From a bacterium (GTDB lineage Bacteria; Patescibacteriota; Minisyncoccia; UBA6257; 2-01-FULL-56-20), in NCBI GenBank assembly GCA_027310625.1, contig DAIDAM010000002.1, positions 65,123 to 129,122 on the forward strand: 64,000 nucleotides of DNA. Reading direction: 5' to 3'. The notes under the pieces were generated by a model. It was not told the origin of the DNA. It saw only the letters and a program-made list of their open reading frames with translations, and did not search any database. A program made the translations under genes and the position numbers. Shown piece by piece: positions 34,625-44,746 of the stretch. The stretch's first letter is position 1; each line of letters starts with the position of its first letter.

Positions 34625-35591
34625 GATTTTTATTGAGAATTTTTTAAGGAGCAAAATTGTCTTGTTCGTTATTTTAATATCTTTCCTTTTCATTTTTTTT
34701 CTTTTTTACGGTTTGAGCCCCGCCTCGGCGGAAAAAGGGCAGATTATTTTTGAAGTTTCGCGCGGCGAGGGTTTCTTCGACATAATGAATCGTTTGAAAA
34801 ACGAAAATCTCATACGTTCTCCTGCGGCTTTCACATTTTACTCGGTTATTTCGGGGTCGGCCCGGAAAATGAAGCCCGGTATTTACCAGCTTCGCGGCGA
34901 GATGAATGCATTTGAAATAGCGAATACTTTGAGTGATTCTCCTCAAGCAGTAAAGGTTGTAATACCCGACGGTGCGACCATTTACGAAATTGACGCAATA
35001 TTAAGCGAGAAAAAAATATTACCCCCGGGGTTTCTTGCCTCTTTCGAAGAAAAAAACGACATTGAAGGAAAACTTTTTCCGGACACTTACGAATTTTTTA
35101 AAAATTCATCAGTTGAGGACGTCGTTCAAAAATTCCTTGAAAATTTCTCGGAAAAAGCCGAACCAATTTTGAAAAAGGATTCCCTAAACTACAGAAGGAA
35201 TCTGATCATCGCGTCGCTCATACAAAAAGAAGTTCCCGACGGCGACGATGCAAGAGTCATATCGGGCATTCTTAGAAAACGCCTTTCCGCCGGAATGAAA
35301 CTGGATGTTGACGCGACAATTTGCTACATCAAGAAAATTTTGAAAGCGATAAGTTCCTGTTATCCCCTTAGCGACGACGATTTCAAAATTGATTCGCCCT
35401 ACAACACCTACCTTCATTCCGGGTTGCCTCCCGGCCCGATAGGGAATCCGAACGCCGCGATGATAAACGCCGCGGTTAACCCCCTATCTTCGCCTTATTG
35501 GTTTTATTTGAGCGACCCGAAAACGGAGAAGACGATTTTTGCAAAGACGCTTGACGAGCAGAACACGAACCGCGCAATTTATTTGCGGTAG
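34623..35591 (+). CDS. mltG: Endolytic murein transglycosylase MltG (YceG family)
   Basis: N-terminal TM helix; DSPYNTYLHSGLPPGPIGNPNAAMINAAVNP signature. Confidence 0.85.
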   Translation: MIFIENFLRSKIVLFVILISFLFIFFLFYGLSPASAEKGQIIFEVSRGEGFFDIMNRLKNENLIRSPAAFTFYSVISGSARKMKPGIYQLRGEMNAFEIANTLSDSPQAVKVVIPDGATIYEIDAILSEKKILPPGFLASFEEKNDIEGKLFPDTYEFFKNSSVEDVVQKFLENFSEKAEPILKKDSLNYRRNLIIASLIQKEVPDGDDARVISGILRKRLSAGMKLDVDATICYIKKILKAISSCYPLSDDDFKIDSPYNTYLHSGLPPGPIGNPNAAMINAAVNPLSSPYWFYLSDPKTEKTIFAKTLDEQNTNRAIYLR

Positions 35592-35606
35592 ATTTTTTTA
35601 CTTTTA

Positions 35607-35921
35607 TTGGTACAATTACATTTAGCTATGACAAACGAACTGGCGAAAATGCTGAAAGATGCCGGTTTCCCGCAACATGGCGCGAAGAACGCGCCCTATG
35701 TGCCGAATTTGGGCGAGCTGATCGCGGAATGCGGAAACAGATTTTGGAGCTTGCGGCGAACTCCCGACGGCAAATGGATCGCCGCCGGCCATCTTACTCA
35801 AAACAGCAGCAAAATCCCTTATTACGAATCTACTTCCTATGACGAGCCGGATACCGCCGCCGCCGAACTTTTTCTTTCCATAAAAGTGCACGAGCACGAA
35901 AAAGACAGCAATAATAAATGA
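35607..35921 (+). CDS. Hypothetical protein
   Basis: 104-aa ORF. Confidence 0.4.
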   Translation: MVQLHLAMTNELAKMLKDAGFPQHGAKNAPYVPNLGELIAECGNRFWSLRRTPDGKWIAAGHLTQNSSKIPYYESTSYDEPDTAAAELFLSIKVHEHEKDSNNK

Positions 35922-36310
35922 ACTATGCAGTCGCCGTTCTAATAATTTCTCCAGAGGGAATTCCTTTGATTCGCGATCCTAAGAAACCGATGCCGATTTT
36001 TTGGAAAGTTCCTGGCGGACGGAGCAATTCTAACGAAAGCGCCAAGGCGGCGGTCCTACGCGAAGTTAAAGAGGAAACAGGAATAAAGCTTTCGGAAAAA
36101 GACCTTAGTTTGGTTTACAAGGAAGACAGAGAATCCCATGTGCTTGCTCTTTTTTCCGCTGAAATCGACTCGCTTGCCGGCTTGAAGAAACAGGGCAACG
36201 AAGGAGAGGAAATCAAAGTTTTTTCTCCCAAGCAGGTTTTAGGGCTCAGGGATTTTTTCCCAAATCACCGAAAGGCGTTCGGGAAGATTCTCGGCGACCT
36301 AAGCGCTTAA
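35918..36310 (+). CDS. NUDIX hydrolase
   Basis: GGRSNSNESAKAAVLREVKEETG Nudix box. Confidence 0.75.
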   Translation: MNYAVAVLIISPEGIPLIRDPKKPMPIFWKVPGGRSNSNESAKAAVLREVKEETGIKLSEKDLSLVYKEDRESHVLALFSAEIDSLAGLKKQGNEGEEIKVFSPKQVLGLRDFFPNHRKAFGKILGDLSA

Positions 36311-36355
36311 CAGCCAAAAATATAAGCAAAAGCGAGGCCGGGCACAAGGAATTGG

Positions 36356-36389
36356 CCCCGCACCTTTTGTCGCGACAAAAGGTGCGGGG
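36356..36389 (+). terminator. Long hairpin ccccgcaccttttgtcg/cgacaaaaggtgcgggg ahead of rpoBC
   Basis: 17-bp perfect palindrome, immediately followed by TTGACA. Confidence 0.45.
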
Positions 36390-36416
36390 TTGACAACTTT
36401 GGGTTGAGAGTATTAA
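36390..36416 (+). promoter_or_regulatory. Candidate promoter for rpoBC (-35 TTGACA, 15-nt spacer, -10 TATTAA)
   Basis: Direct reading; the spacer is short, so confidence is low. Confidence 0.25.
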
Positions 36417-36547
36417 GATGTGAGCCAATCTAATTCGCTGTCCCAACGGCTTCCGGGCTAGTTTTTTTTCGTTTTGTGGCGAATCGAGTTTATCCGCGTT
36501 TTTGATTTGCGATTTAAATAAATTCTCAATCATTTTTCAATAGTTAA

Positions 36548-39500
36548 ATGTCAAAAATTCTCCCCCTAAAAGATTTTTCAAAGTTCAAGTTGCTCGCCAT
36601 ACCTTCGGATTTCAACGAAATTCAGCTGAAGTCCTATCAGTGGTTCTTGAAAGACGGCATGCGTGAGATCTTGGAGGAGGTTTCTCCGATTCGCGACCAC
36701 ACCGGAAAGGAACTTGAGCTTTACTTTGAGGGTTTTCGTTTTGACAAACCGAAGGCGGACGAAGCAACCGTCGTTTACAAAGACGCGACTTATGAAATTC
36801 CCCTTTACATAAAAGTCCGCCTGGAAAACAAAAAAACGGGAAAGTCCATGGCGCAGGAGATCTATTTGGGAGATTTCCCGGCGATGACGGACAGAGGGAC
36901 CTTTATCATAAACGGAGTGGAAAGAGTCGTCGTTTCCCAGCTTATAAGATCTTCGGGCGTCTACTTCACTTCTTCGCTGTGGCATGACCAGCAGCTTTTC
37001 GGAGCAAAAGTTATTCCCAATCGCGGCGCATGGCTGGAGTTTGAAACGGATGCCGACGGAACGATCGGCGTAAAAATAGACAGAAACAGAAAAGTTCCGG
37101 TAACCGATCTTCTGCGGGTTTTTTCCGCCCAGGGCGGAGGAGTAACCGACGATGTCATAAAGTCAAAATTTCAGGACGCGGACCGCGGGCCGATAAAGTA
37201 TATTGATGCAACTCTTAAAAAAGACGCCGCGAAAAGTTTGGATGAATCATACGTTGAGATTTACAGAAGATTAAGGCCCGGCGACCCCGCCACGCCCGCA
37301 ACCGCAAAAAACCTCGTTGATTCAATATTCCATCGTTTTGAACGCTATGACCTTTCGCCGGTCGGAAGATTCAAACTTAACCAGCGCCTGGGCATAAACT
37401 CCGCCGTGCACGGCGGGGTAAAAAAGACGAAAGAAAACCGTCTCCTTGACCTTGAAGACCTTCTTCTCATCGTCAGGGAAATAATAAGGCTCAACAATAC
37501 CCCGGGAGCGAAACCGGACGACATAGATCATCTCGGCAATCGCCGGTTGAAATCCGTCGGAGAGCTTCTTCAGGGCCGACTCCGTGTTGGGCTCGCGCGT
37601 CTCCGAAGAATAATCCAGGACAGGATGTCGACGCTGGAGAGAGATTCGCTCACCCCGGCTCAGCTTATAAACTTCCGGCCGATTAACGCGGTCGTAAAGG
37701 AGTTCTTCGCATCCTCGCAACTTTCGCAGTTTATGGACCAGGTGAATCCGCTTGCGGAACTGGAACACAAGCGCCGTCTTTCGGCGCTCGGTCCCGGCGG
37801 ACTCCGCAGAGAACACGCCGGATTCGAAGTGCGCGACGTCCACCATTCTTACTACGGAAGAATTTGTCCGATACTTACTCCCGAGGGGACGAACATCGGG
37901 CTCATAAATTATCTCGCCGACTTCGCGCGCGTGAATGACTTCGGTTTTTTGGTGACGCCGTACGTCAAAATCAAAAACGGAAAGATAACCAATGAAATAA
38001 TCTGGCTGGACGCGATTGAAGAGGAAAAACACAAAATTGTCCACGCGACGGCTGAAAGAGACGGCAATAAAATCCTCGGCGACATTCTGGAAGCGCGCTT
38101 CGGCGGCGAGGTCGGAACTTATCCGACCGGCGAAATTGATTTGATGGAGGTTGCCCCTCATCAGTTCGTAAGCATTGCTTCTTCGCTGATTCCTTTTCTT
38201 CAGCACACCGACGCTTCCCGCGCGCTGATGGGTTCCAACATGCAGAGGCAGGCGGTGCCTTCGGTAAAGCCCGCCGCCCCTCATATAATGACCGGGCAGG
38301 AGGAAAAATCCGCCAAGGACTCGGGGTACGTCGTTACCGCCGAAGCCGACGGAAAAGTGACGGCCGTGGACGCTCTTTCCGTTACCGTTCAATACGGAAG
38401 AGAGAAAAAGACCCACAGCCTCACGAAATTCAAGCGCTCCAACCAGTACACATGCATTCTTCAGAGACCCGTTGTTTCGCTTGGCCAGCAGGTGAAAAAA
38501 GGCGATGTTTTGGTTGACGGGCCTTCAACCGACAACGGAATTCTTTCTCTCGGCCAAAACCTTACCGTTGCTTTCATGTCTTGGGAGGGAGCGAATTTTG
38601 AAGACGCGATAATAGTTTCCGAGCGCGTAGTTCGCGACGATCTTTTTACCTCCATACACATAGAAGATTTTTACTGCGATGTCCGCGACACGAAGCTCGG
38701 TCCCGAAATAACGACGCCCGACCTTCCGAACGTTGCGGAAGAAAAACTCAAAAATCTCGACGAGGAAGGAATAATCCGCATCGGCGCCGAGGTCAAAGCG
38801 GGGGACATACTTGTCGGAAAAATTTCTCCCAAAGGGGAAACAGAACTTACCGCCGAGGAGCGGCTTCTCCGCGCGATTTTCGGAGAGAAAGCAAGGGACG
38901 TAAAAGATACGTCCCTCACCCTGCCGCACGGCAAGCGCGGGAGGGTCGTCGGCGTTAAAGTTTTCTCGCGCGACGAGGGCGATAAGCTGGAGGTCGGCGT
39001 GATAAAACGCATTCAGGTTGAAGTTGCGAACCTTCGCAAGGTCCAGTCCGGAGACAAGCTTGCCGGCCGTCACGGGAACAAGGGCGTCATTTCGCAGGTG
39101 CGGCCGATGGAAGATATGCCTTACCTTGAAGACGGAACTCCCGTTGACATAATTTTGAATCCTCTGGGCGTCGTTTCCCGAATGAACCTGGGGCAGATTC
39201 TTGAAACGCATCTTGGGTGGGCGGCTTCGAAAATCGGCTACCGCGCGATTACGCCCGGCCTTGATTCGGCGAAAGAGGAAGAAATACGCGAGGAGCTCAA
39301 GAAGGCAGGCCTCCCGGAGGACGGAAAAGTTACGCTCCGCGACGGGCAGACCGGACAGCCCTTTGACCAGAAGATTACCGTCGGAACGATTTACATGATG
39401 AAGCTCAATCACCTCGTTGAGGACAAAGTGCACATGCGCTCCATCGGTCCTTATTCGCTTATCACGCAGCAGCCGCTCGGCGGCAAGGCGCAGTTCGGAG

Positions 39501-42500
39501 GACAGAGGTTCGGCGAAATGGAAGTTTGGGCGCTTGAGGGCTACGGCGCGAGGCACACCTTGCAGGAGATGCTCACGATAAAATCGGACGACGTTATGGG
39601 ACGCTCGGCGGCTTACGAATCCATCATACGCGGGGAACCGATAAGGGAGCCGAACATTCCCGCGACTTTCAACGTTTTATTGAGCGAACTTAAAGCGCTG
39701 GGATTAAACGTGGAGCCCGTTTATGAATCGGAAACCGACAGACGCGACGATTTCAAGGCGCTCAGGATAAGCCCTGCCTCCCCGGAAGACATCGTCGGCA
39801 AATGGTCTCACGGCGAAGTTACGAAGCCGGAGACCATCAACTACAGAACGCAGCGCCCCGAAAAAGATGGACTCTTTTCGGAACGCATTTTCGGCCCCGT
39901 GAAGGATTACGAGTGTTACTGCGGAAAATACCGCCGCATAAGATACAAAGGGATAGTTTGCGACCGCTGCGGAGTGGAGGTGACGCGCGCTTCCGTGAGA
40001 AGAGAACGCCTCGGGCACATCAATCTGGCGGCTCCGGTGGCGCATAACTGGTTCTTTAAGGCGATTCCTTCGCGTTTGAGTTTAATTCTCAACGTTTCTT
40101 CGTCAAAACTGGAACGCGTCATTTATTACGTGGACTACATCGTTACGGAAGTGAACGAGGATAACAGGAAAGCCGCGCTTGAGGAAGTGGAAAGAGAACT
40201 GAAAGGCAAGATAAAGACCTTCAAATCCGTTGCGACGAAAAAATCCGCGAAGAAAGTTTCCAGCGAGCTTGAATCCGCGGCGGACCAGATAAAATCAACG
40301 CTTTTGAGCATAAGGCCGGGGCTCGTTTTGAGCGAAACTGAATATCTGAACCTGAGCAAAAGATTCGGCAACGTCTTCGCGGCCGGGACGGGAGCGGAAG
40401 CCATCAGAAAAATTCTTGAGAGAATGGACCTCAAAGGCGAGATACATACGATGGAAAAGGAACTGGAGTTTTCAAAAAAGAGCGCCGCAGACACGAAAAC
40501 TTTCAGACGCCTAAAACTCTTCCGTTCTATGCTCAAAAACGGCATACGGCCGGAGTGGCTGATTATGACGGCTTTGCCCGTTTTGCCGCCCGATCTCCGT
40601 CCCATGGTTGCGCTGGACGGCGGAAGATACGCGACGTCGGACCTGAACGACCTTTACCGCCGCGTCATCAACAGAAACAACAGATTGAAGCGGCTGATGG
40701 AAATAAAAGCCCCCGAAGTAATCATAAAGAACGAAAAAAGAATGCTTCAGGAATCCGTTGACGCCCTCATAGACAACTCAACGAGGTTTGGAGCCCAGCA
40801 GATGTCGTCGCAGAGGCGGCCGCTTCGTTCGCTCGCCGATATGTTGAAAGGAAAGCAGGGAAGATTCAGGCAGAATCTTCTCGGGAAGCGCGTTGATTAT
40901 TCCGGCCGCTCGGTTATCGTTGTTGGTCCCAATCTTGATTTGGATGAATGCGGCATTCCGAAAAAAATGGCGCTTGAGCTTTTCCGCCCCTTCGTCATCC
41001 AGGAAATAATAAAAAGGGGAATGGCGCACACGATAAGGAACGCCAACCGTCTCATTGAGCAGGCCGGGGACGAAATTTACGCGATACTTGAAGAGATAAT
41101 AAAGGACCGGCACGTACTTTTGAATCGCGCCCCGACGCTTCACCGTCTCGGCATCCAGGCGTTCAAGCCGCTTTTGATTGAGGGTCTCGCCATTCAGATT
41201 CCGCCCCTTGTCTGCGTCGCGTTCAACGCCGATTTTGACGGGGACCAGATGGCCGTTCACCTTCCGCTTTCTTCCAACGCCCAGAAAGAGGCGTTGGAAA
41301 TAATGTCGGCGAGAAGAAATATTCTGAAGCCCGCGACCGGCGACCTTGTGGCGGTGCCGACAAACGACATTGTTCTCGGCCTTTACTACCTGACGATGGT
41401 CGATAAAGAAGGAAAAGGAAACGGCAAAGCGTTTGTCGGAATTGAAGAGGCGGTTGCCGCTTTCGAAAACGGAATTATTTCGCTTCACGCCCCCGTGAGA
41501 ATAGGAGAGGAGGAAACAACTCTGGGCAGGGCGATTTTCGGCGAAGCGCTGGGCGACGTCCCGGAGCATCTGGAGACAAAAGACACGTTCAACAAGAAAA
41601 AACTTTCCAAATTTATAGGCGGGTTGGTCGGGCATTTTGGGCTGGAAAAGGCGACCGAAATACTTGTTAAAGTTAAAAACCTCGGGTTCAGGATAGCGAC
41701 AAGATCCGGAATAACCTGGGCGATGGCTGATTTGATAATTCCAAAAGCGAAGGAAGGCATAATCAAAAAAGCCGAGGAAGAAATTTCTATTGTTCGCGAG
41801 CAGTACCGCGATGGTCTCCTTACGGACTCGGAGAGGAGGGCAAGGGTGATAAGCATCTGGGAAAATGCGAAAACGGAGATAACGAAACACGTCGCGTCGT
41901 CCTTTTACCCCGGCAACCCGATATACCAGATAATAGATTCCGGCGCGCGAGGTTCCTGGGCGCAGCCGATTCAGATGATGGGAATGAAAGGGCTTGTTCA
42001 AAACCCGCAGGGAGAAACTCTTGAGCTCCCGATTAAATCGTCCTTCAAGGAGGGCTTCAGCGTTATCGAGTACTTCATTTCCACGAGGGGCGCAAGGAAA
42101 GGAATGACCGACACCGCTCTCAAGACGGCGCAGGCCGGTTATCTTACGAGGCGTCTCGTTGACGTTTCACAGGAACTCACGATAAAGGAGGACGATTGCA
42201 GGACGACCGAAGGAATTGAAGTGTTCGTTAAGGATGCAAAGGACATTGGTCAGTCCCTTGAAACGATGCTCTTTTCAAGGACTGCTGCCGAGGATGTAAA
42301 ATCGGGCAACAAAATAATAGTGAGGGCGGGGGAAGTTATAGACAAAGATCACGTCACGGCGATACAGAACTCAAAGGTGGAGTCGGTAAAACTTCGTTCC
42401 CCGATTTCCTGCAAGACGGCTTACGGGTTCTGCCGCAAGTGCTACGGACTTGATTTGAGCAGAAACGAACTTGTGAAAAGCGGGGAAGCCGTCGGGATAA

Positions 42501-43369
42501 TAGCCGCGCAGTCAATCGGCGAGCCGGGAACCCAATTGACTCTCAGAACTTTTCACGTCGGAGGCGTTGCCGGGCTTGACATAACGCACGGACTTCCGAG
42601 GGTTGAAGAGCTTTTTGAAGCGCGCCCGCCGAAGGGAAAAGCTATTCTCTCGTCCGTTGACGGAAAAGTTGAGAAAATAGAGCAAAAAGGCGCACTCAAG
42701 GTGATCAGCGTCGCGCCGAAGGAGAAACGCGGCGCAAAGAAAAAGAAAACCGACAAAAAATTCGTTGAATACTCCGTTTCCCGAGCTGCGCTTCTTTTTG
42801 TGAATGTCGGCGACGAAGTTACGGCCGGGCAGCAGCTCTCGGAAGGCCACGTGGACCTGCAGGAACTTCTCGAATACAAGGGAAGCAAGGAAGTCGTTCG
42901 TTACATACTTAACGAAGTGCAGAAGATTTATTCAGCCGAGGGCGCTTCCATCAACAACAAACATATAGAGGTAATAATCAGACAAATGTTTTCAAGAATC
43001 AGAATAAAGGAGACCGGTGACGCGAGCGACTTCGTTATCGGAGAAATAGTGGATAAATCAAAATTTCTTGAAACGAATCGTGAGCTCAAGAGAAAAGGAA
43101 AACAACCCGCCCGCGCCCAGCAGCTCCTCCTCGGAATAACTAGAGTCGCGCTTTCAACTGAAAGTTTCCTTTCCGCAGCTTCTTTCCAGGATACTTCAAG
43201 AGTTCTTGTTCAGGCCTCGCTTGAGGGACGCGTTGACCCTCTCCGTGGACTTAAAGAGAACGTTATCATCGGTCGCCTTGTTCCGACCGGTGAAACAGCA
43301 AGGAAAAATGTTCGGGAGGAAAGCGATGAAAAAAGCGAAACCGCCGTTGCCGAGTCCGTTGAACTTTGA
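36548..43369 (+). CDS. rpoBC: Fused DNA-directed RNA polymerase beta and beta' subunits (RpoB-RpoC) as one 2273-aa ORF
   Basis: The RpoB region contains GPGGLRREHAGFEVRDVHHSYYGRICPILTPEGTNIGLINYLADF, NMQRQAVPS, GDKLAGRHGNKGVIS and ends ...SELKALGLNVEPV. It continues without a stop into RpoC: YESETDRRDDFKALRISPASPEDIVGKWSHGEVTKPETINYRTQRPEKDGLFSERIFGPVKDYECYCGKY, NADFDGDQMAVHLPLS, and so on. Confidence 0.85.
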   Translation: MSKILPLKDFSKFKLLAIPSDFNEIQLKSYQWFLKDGMREILEEVSPIRDHTGKELELYFEGFRFDKPKADEATVVYKDATYEIPLYIKVRLENKKTGKSMAQEIYLGDFPAMTDRGTFIINGVERVVVSQLIRSSGVYFTSSLWHDQQLFGAKVIPNRGAWLEFETDADGTIGVKIDRNRKVPVTDLLRVFSAQGGGVTDDVIKSKFQDADRGPIKYIDATLKKDAAKSLDESYVEIYRRLRPGDPATPATAKNLVDSIFHRFERYDLSPVGRFKLNQRLGINSAVHGGVKKTKENRLLDLEDLLLIVREIIRLNNTPGAKPDDIDHLGNRRLKSVGELLQGRLRVGLARLRRIIQDRMSTLERDSLTPAQLINFRPINAVVKEFFASSQLSQFMDQVNPLAELEHKRRLSALGPGGLRREHAGFEVRDVHHSYYGRICPILTPEGTNIGLINYLADFARVNDFGFLVTPYVKIKNGKITNEIIWLDAIEEEKHKIVHATAERDGNKILGDILEARFGGEVGTYPTGEIDLMEVAPHQFVSIASSLIPFLQHTDASRALMGSNMQRQAVPSVKPAAPHIMTGQEEKSAKDSGYVVTAEADGKVTAVDALSVTVQYGREKKTHSLTKFKRSNQYTCILQRPVVSLGQQVKKGDVLVDGPSTDNGILSLGQNLTVAFMSWEGANFEDAIIVSERVVRDDLFTSIHIEDFYCDVRDTKLGPEITTPDLPNVAEEKLKNLDEEGIIRIGAEVKAGDILVGKISPKGETELTAEERLLRAIFGEKARDVKDTSLTLPHGKRGRVVGVKVFSRDEGDKLEVGVIKRIQVEVANLRKVQSGDKLAGRHGNKGVISQVRPMEDMPYLEDGTPVDIILNPLGVVSRMNLGQILETHLGWAASKIGYRAITPGLDSAKEEEIREELKKAGLPEDGKVTLRDGQTGQPFDQKITVGTIYMMKLNHLVEDKVHMRSIGPYSLITQQPLGGKAQFGGQRFGEMEVWALEGYGARHTLQEMLTIKSDDVMGRSAAYESIIRGEPIREPNIPATFNVLLSELKALGLNVEPVYESETDRRDDFKALRISPASPEDIVGKWSHGEVTKPETINYRTQRPEKDGLFSERIFGPVKDYECYCGKYRRIRYKGIVCDRCGVEVTRASVRRERLGHINLAAPVAHNWFFKAIPSRLSLILNVSSSKLERVIYYVDYIVTEVNEDNRKAALEEVERELKGKIKTFKSVATKKSAKKVSSELESAADQIKSTLLSIRPGLVLSETEYLNLSKRFGNVFAAGTGAEAIRKILERMDLKGEIHTMEKELEFSKKSAADTKTFRRLKLFRSMLKNGIRPEWLIMTALPVLPPDLRPMVALDGGRYATSDLNDLYRRVINRNNRLKRLMEIKAPEVIIKNEKRMLQESVDALIDNSTRFGAQQMSSQRRPLRSLADMLKGKQGRFRQNLLGKRVDYSGRSVIVVGPNLDLDECGIPKKMALELFRPFVIQEIIKRGMAHTIRNANRLIEQAGDEIYAILEEIIKDRHVLLNRAPTLHRLGIQAFKPLLIEGLAIQIPPLVCVAFNADFDGDQMAVHLPLSSNAQKEALEIMSARRNILKPATGDLVAVPTNDIVLGLYYLTMVDKEGKGNGKAFVGIEEAVAAFENGIISLHAPVRIGEEETTLGRAIFGEALGDVPEHLETKDTFNKKKLSKFIGGLVGHFGLEKATEILVKVKNLGFRIATRSGITWAMADLIIPKAKEGIIKKAEEEISIVREQYRDGLLTDSERRARVISIWENAKTEITKHVASSFYPGNPIYQIIDSGARGSWAQPIQMMGMKGLVQNPQGETLELPIKSSFKEGFSVIEYFISTRGARKGMTDTALKTAQAGYLTRRLVDVSQELTIKEDDCRTTEGIEVFVKDAKDIGQSLETMLFSRTAAEDVKSGNKIIVRAGEVIDKDHVTAIQNSKVESVKLRSPISCKTAYGFCRKCYGLDLSRNELVKSGEAVGIIAAQSIGEPGTQLTLRTFHVGGVAGLDITHGLPRVEELFEARPPKGKAILSSVDGKVEKIEQKGALKVISVAPKEKRGAKKKKTDKKFVEYSVSRAALLFVNVGDEVTAGQQLSEGHVDLQELLEYKGSKEVVRYILNEVQKIYSAEGASINNKHIEVIIRQMFSRIRIKETGDASDFVIGEIVDKSKFLETNRELKRKGKQPARAQQLLLGITRVALSTESFLSAASFQDTSRVLVQASLEGRVDPLRGLKENVIIGRLVPTGETARKNVREESDEKSETAVAESVEL

Positions 43370-43409
43370 CTTGTATCGGGAAATTTATTACCTTTTAACT
43401 ACCTGAAAA

Positions 43410-43823
43410 ATGGAGAATACAAAAGAAAAAAAGCAATACGAAGTATCTTTCGTGTCCGCCGACGAGGATGGCGCAAAAAAACTTACCGATTATTTTAGGA
43501 AGTCCGGAGCGGAGATAATTTTTGAAAGCCCGCTTTCGAAAATGCGTCTTGCGCAGCCGATAAACAAAAAAAATGAAGCGTACTTCGGATTTTTGCACCT
43601 GGACGCAGAACCCGAAGAAATCTCGAAGGCCGAAAGACAATTGCGCATTCACCCCGGCGTTTTGAGATTTCTTGTTGTGACTCCGCCCTTGGTCAAACAA
43701 AAAGAGAGGAGTCAATACGAGCCGAGAAAAAGGCAATTTTCCGCCGCTCGACCGGAGAAGAAGCATGTTCCGCATATCAGCAATGAAGCGCTTGAAGAGC
43801 AGCTGAAGGAAATTCTTCAGTAA
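43410..43823 (+). CDS. rpsF: 30S ribosomal protein S6
   Basis: QYEVSFVSADEDG... S6-like N-terminus; position upstream of ssb and rpsR. Confidence 0.7.
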   Translation: MENTKEKKQYEVSFVSADEDGAKKLTDYFRKSGAEIIFESPLSKMRLAQPINKKNEAYFGFLHLDAEPEEISKAERQLRIHPGVLRFLVVTPPLVKQKERSQYEPRKRQFSAARPEKKHVPHISNEALEEQLKEILQ

Positions 43824-43824
43824 C

Positions 43825-43935
43825 AATCAGCATAAATCCGCTGAAATCAGCATAAATCGGCGTAGTAAAGTTAATGAAAAGTATCGAAAGTCAATAACGC
43901 TGATAAATGCTGATTAAACCGATTAATGCGGATAA
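43825..43935. repeat. Inverted repeats of the ATCAGCATAAA unit in the rpsF-ssb spacer
   Basis: aatcagcataaatccgctgaaatcagcataaatcggcg ... cgctgataaatgctgattaaaccgattaatgcggataaaa; the halves are reverse complements. Confidence 0.55.
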
Positions 43936-43941
43936 AATAAA

Positions 43942-44400
43942 ATGAACTTAAACAAAGTTTTTTTGATAGGTAATTTAACCGCCGACCCCGAGCTGCGCAC
44001 CACGCCGAGCGGCCAGTCAGTTATGGAAATTCGCGTGGCCACGAACAGAACATGGACGGATAAGTCGGGGAAAAGGCAGGACCAGCCGGAATTCCACAGC
44101 GTCATCATCTGGGGAAGACAGGCGGAAATAGTGAAGCAATTTCTGACGAAGGGCAGTTCCATCTTCATCGAAGGACGTTTGCAAACGAGAAACTGGGACG
44201 ACAAACAAGGGACGAGGCATTGGAAAACCGAGGTAATATGCGAGCGGATGCAGCTCGGCCCGCGTTCTTCGCGGAGTGACGGCGGGTTCTCTGCGGACTC
44301 GCAAAAAGGGGGAAGTCAGGAAAATCCGAAGCAAGAGAAAGAAATGCCCGTGATAGACATAGGGGAAGAAGATATAAAAGCCGAAGATTTACCATTTTAA
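43942..44400 (+). CDS. ssb: Single-stranded DNA-binding protein
   Basis: MNLNKVFLIGNLTADPELRTTPSGQSVMEIRVATNRTWTDKSG, acidic tail ending EDLPF. Confidence 0.85.
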   Translation: MNLNKVFLIGNLTADPELRTTPSGQSVMEIRVATNRTWTDKSGKRQDQPEFHSVIIWGRQAEIVKQFLTKGSSIFIEGRLQTRNWDDKQGTRHWKTEVICERMQLGPRSSRSDGGFSADSQKGGSQENPKQEKEMPVIDIGEEDIKAEDLPF

Positions 44401-44468
44401 ATCAAATCTCAAATTACAAATCTGAAATCTGAAAAGTTTAGAATTTCAAAATTCAAATTTTAACTAAG

Positions 44469-44672
44469 ATGCCCCAACATTGTTTCTTTTGTTCCCAGAA
44501 CATGAAGGAGATTGATTATAAAGAAGTTGATCTCCTTAAAAAATTTATTTCCAGTCAAGCAAAGATAATAGACCCGAGGCACACCGGCGTGTGCGCAAAG
44601 CATCAACGAAAACTTTCCAAAGCCATAAAAAGAGCGAGGTTTTTAGGACTGCTCGCTTTTACAAGAAGATAA
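44469..44672 (+). CDS. rpsR: 30S ribosomal protein S18
   Basis: [24 protein letters not shown]...[26 protein letters not shown]. Confidence 0.85.
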   Translation: MPQHCFFCSQNMKEIDYKEVDLLKKFISSQAKIIDPRHTGVCAKHQRKLSKAIKRARFLGLLAFTRR

Positions 44673-44677
44673 GTAGT

Positions 44678-44740
44678 TCACGAAATACGAAATAGTACGA
44701 ATATACGAATTCGTGCGTTCGTAGAAATTAGTATTAGTAA
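44678..44740. repeat. Partial family A palindromic element outside the rRNA
   Basis: cacgaaatacgaaatagtacgaatatacgaattcgtgcgttcgtag shares the ACGAAT/ATTCGT units of the 23S insertions. Confidence 0.4.
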
Positions 44741-44746
44741 ATATCA

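Noticed and set aside
39690-39780. Separate rpoB stop and rpoC start at the junction
   Set aside because: No in-frame stop. The only nearby ATG is out of frame and terminates within about 15 codons. Reported as a fusion, with a sequencing-error caveat.
37322-42001. Several long minus-strand ORFs (37322-38416, 38525-39556, 40778-42001) inside rpoBC
   Set aside because: Antisense to a strongly supported RNA polymerase ORF; no motifs.
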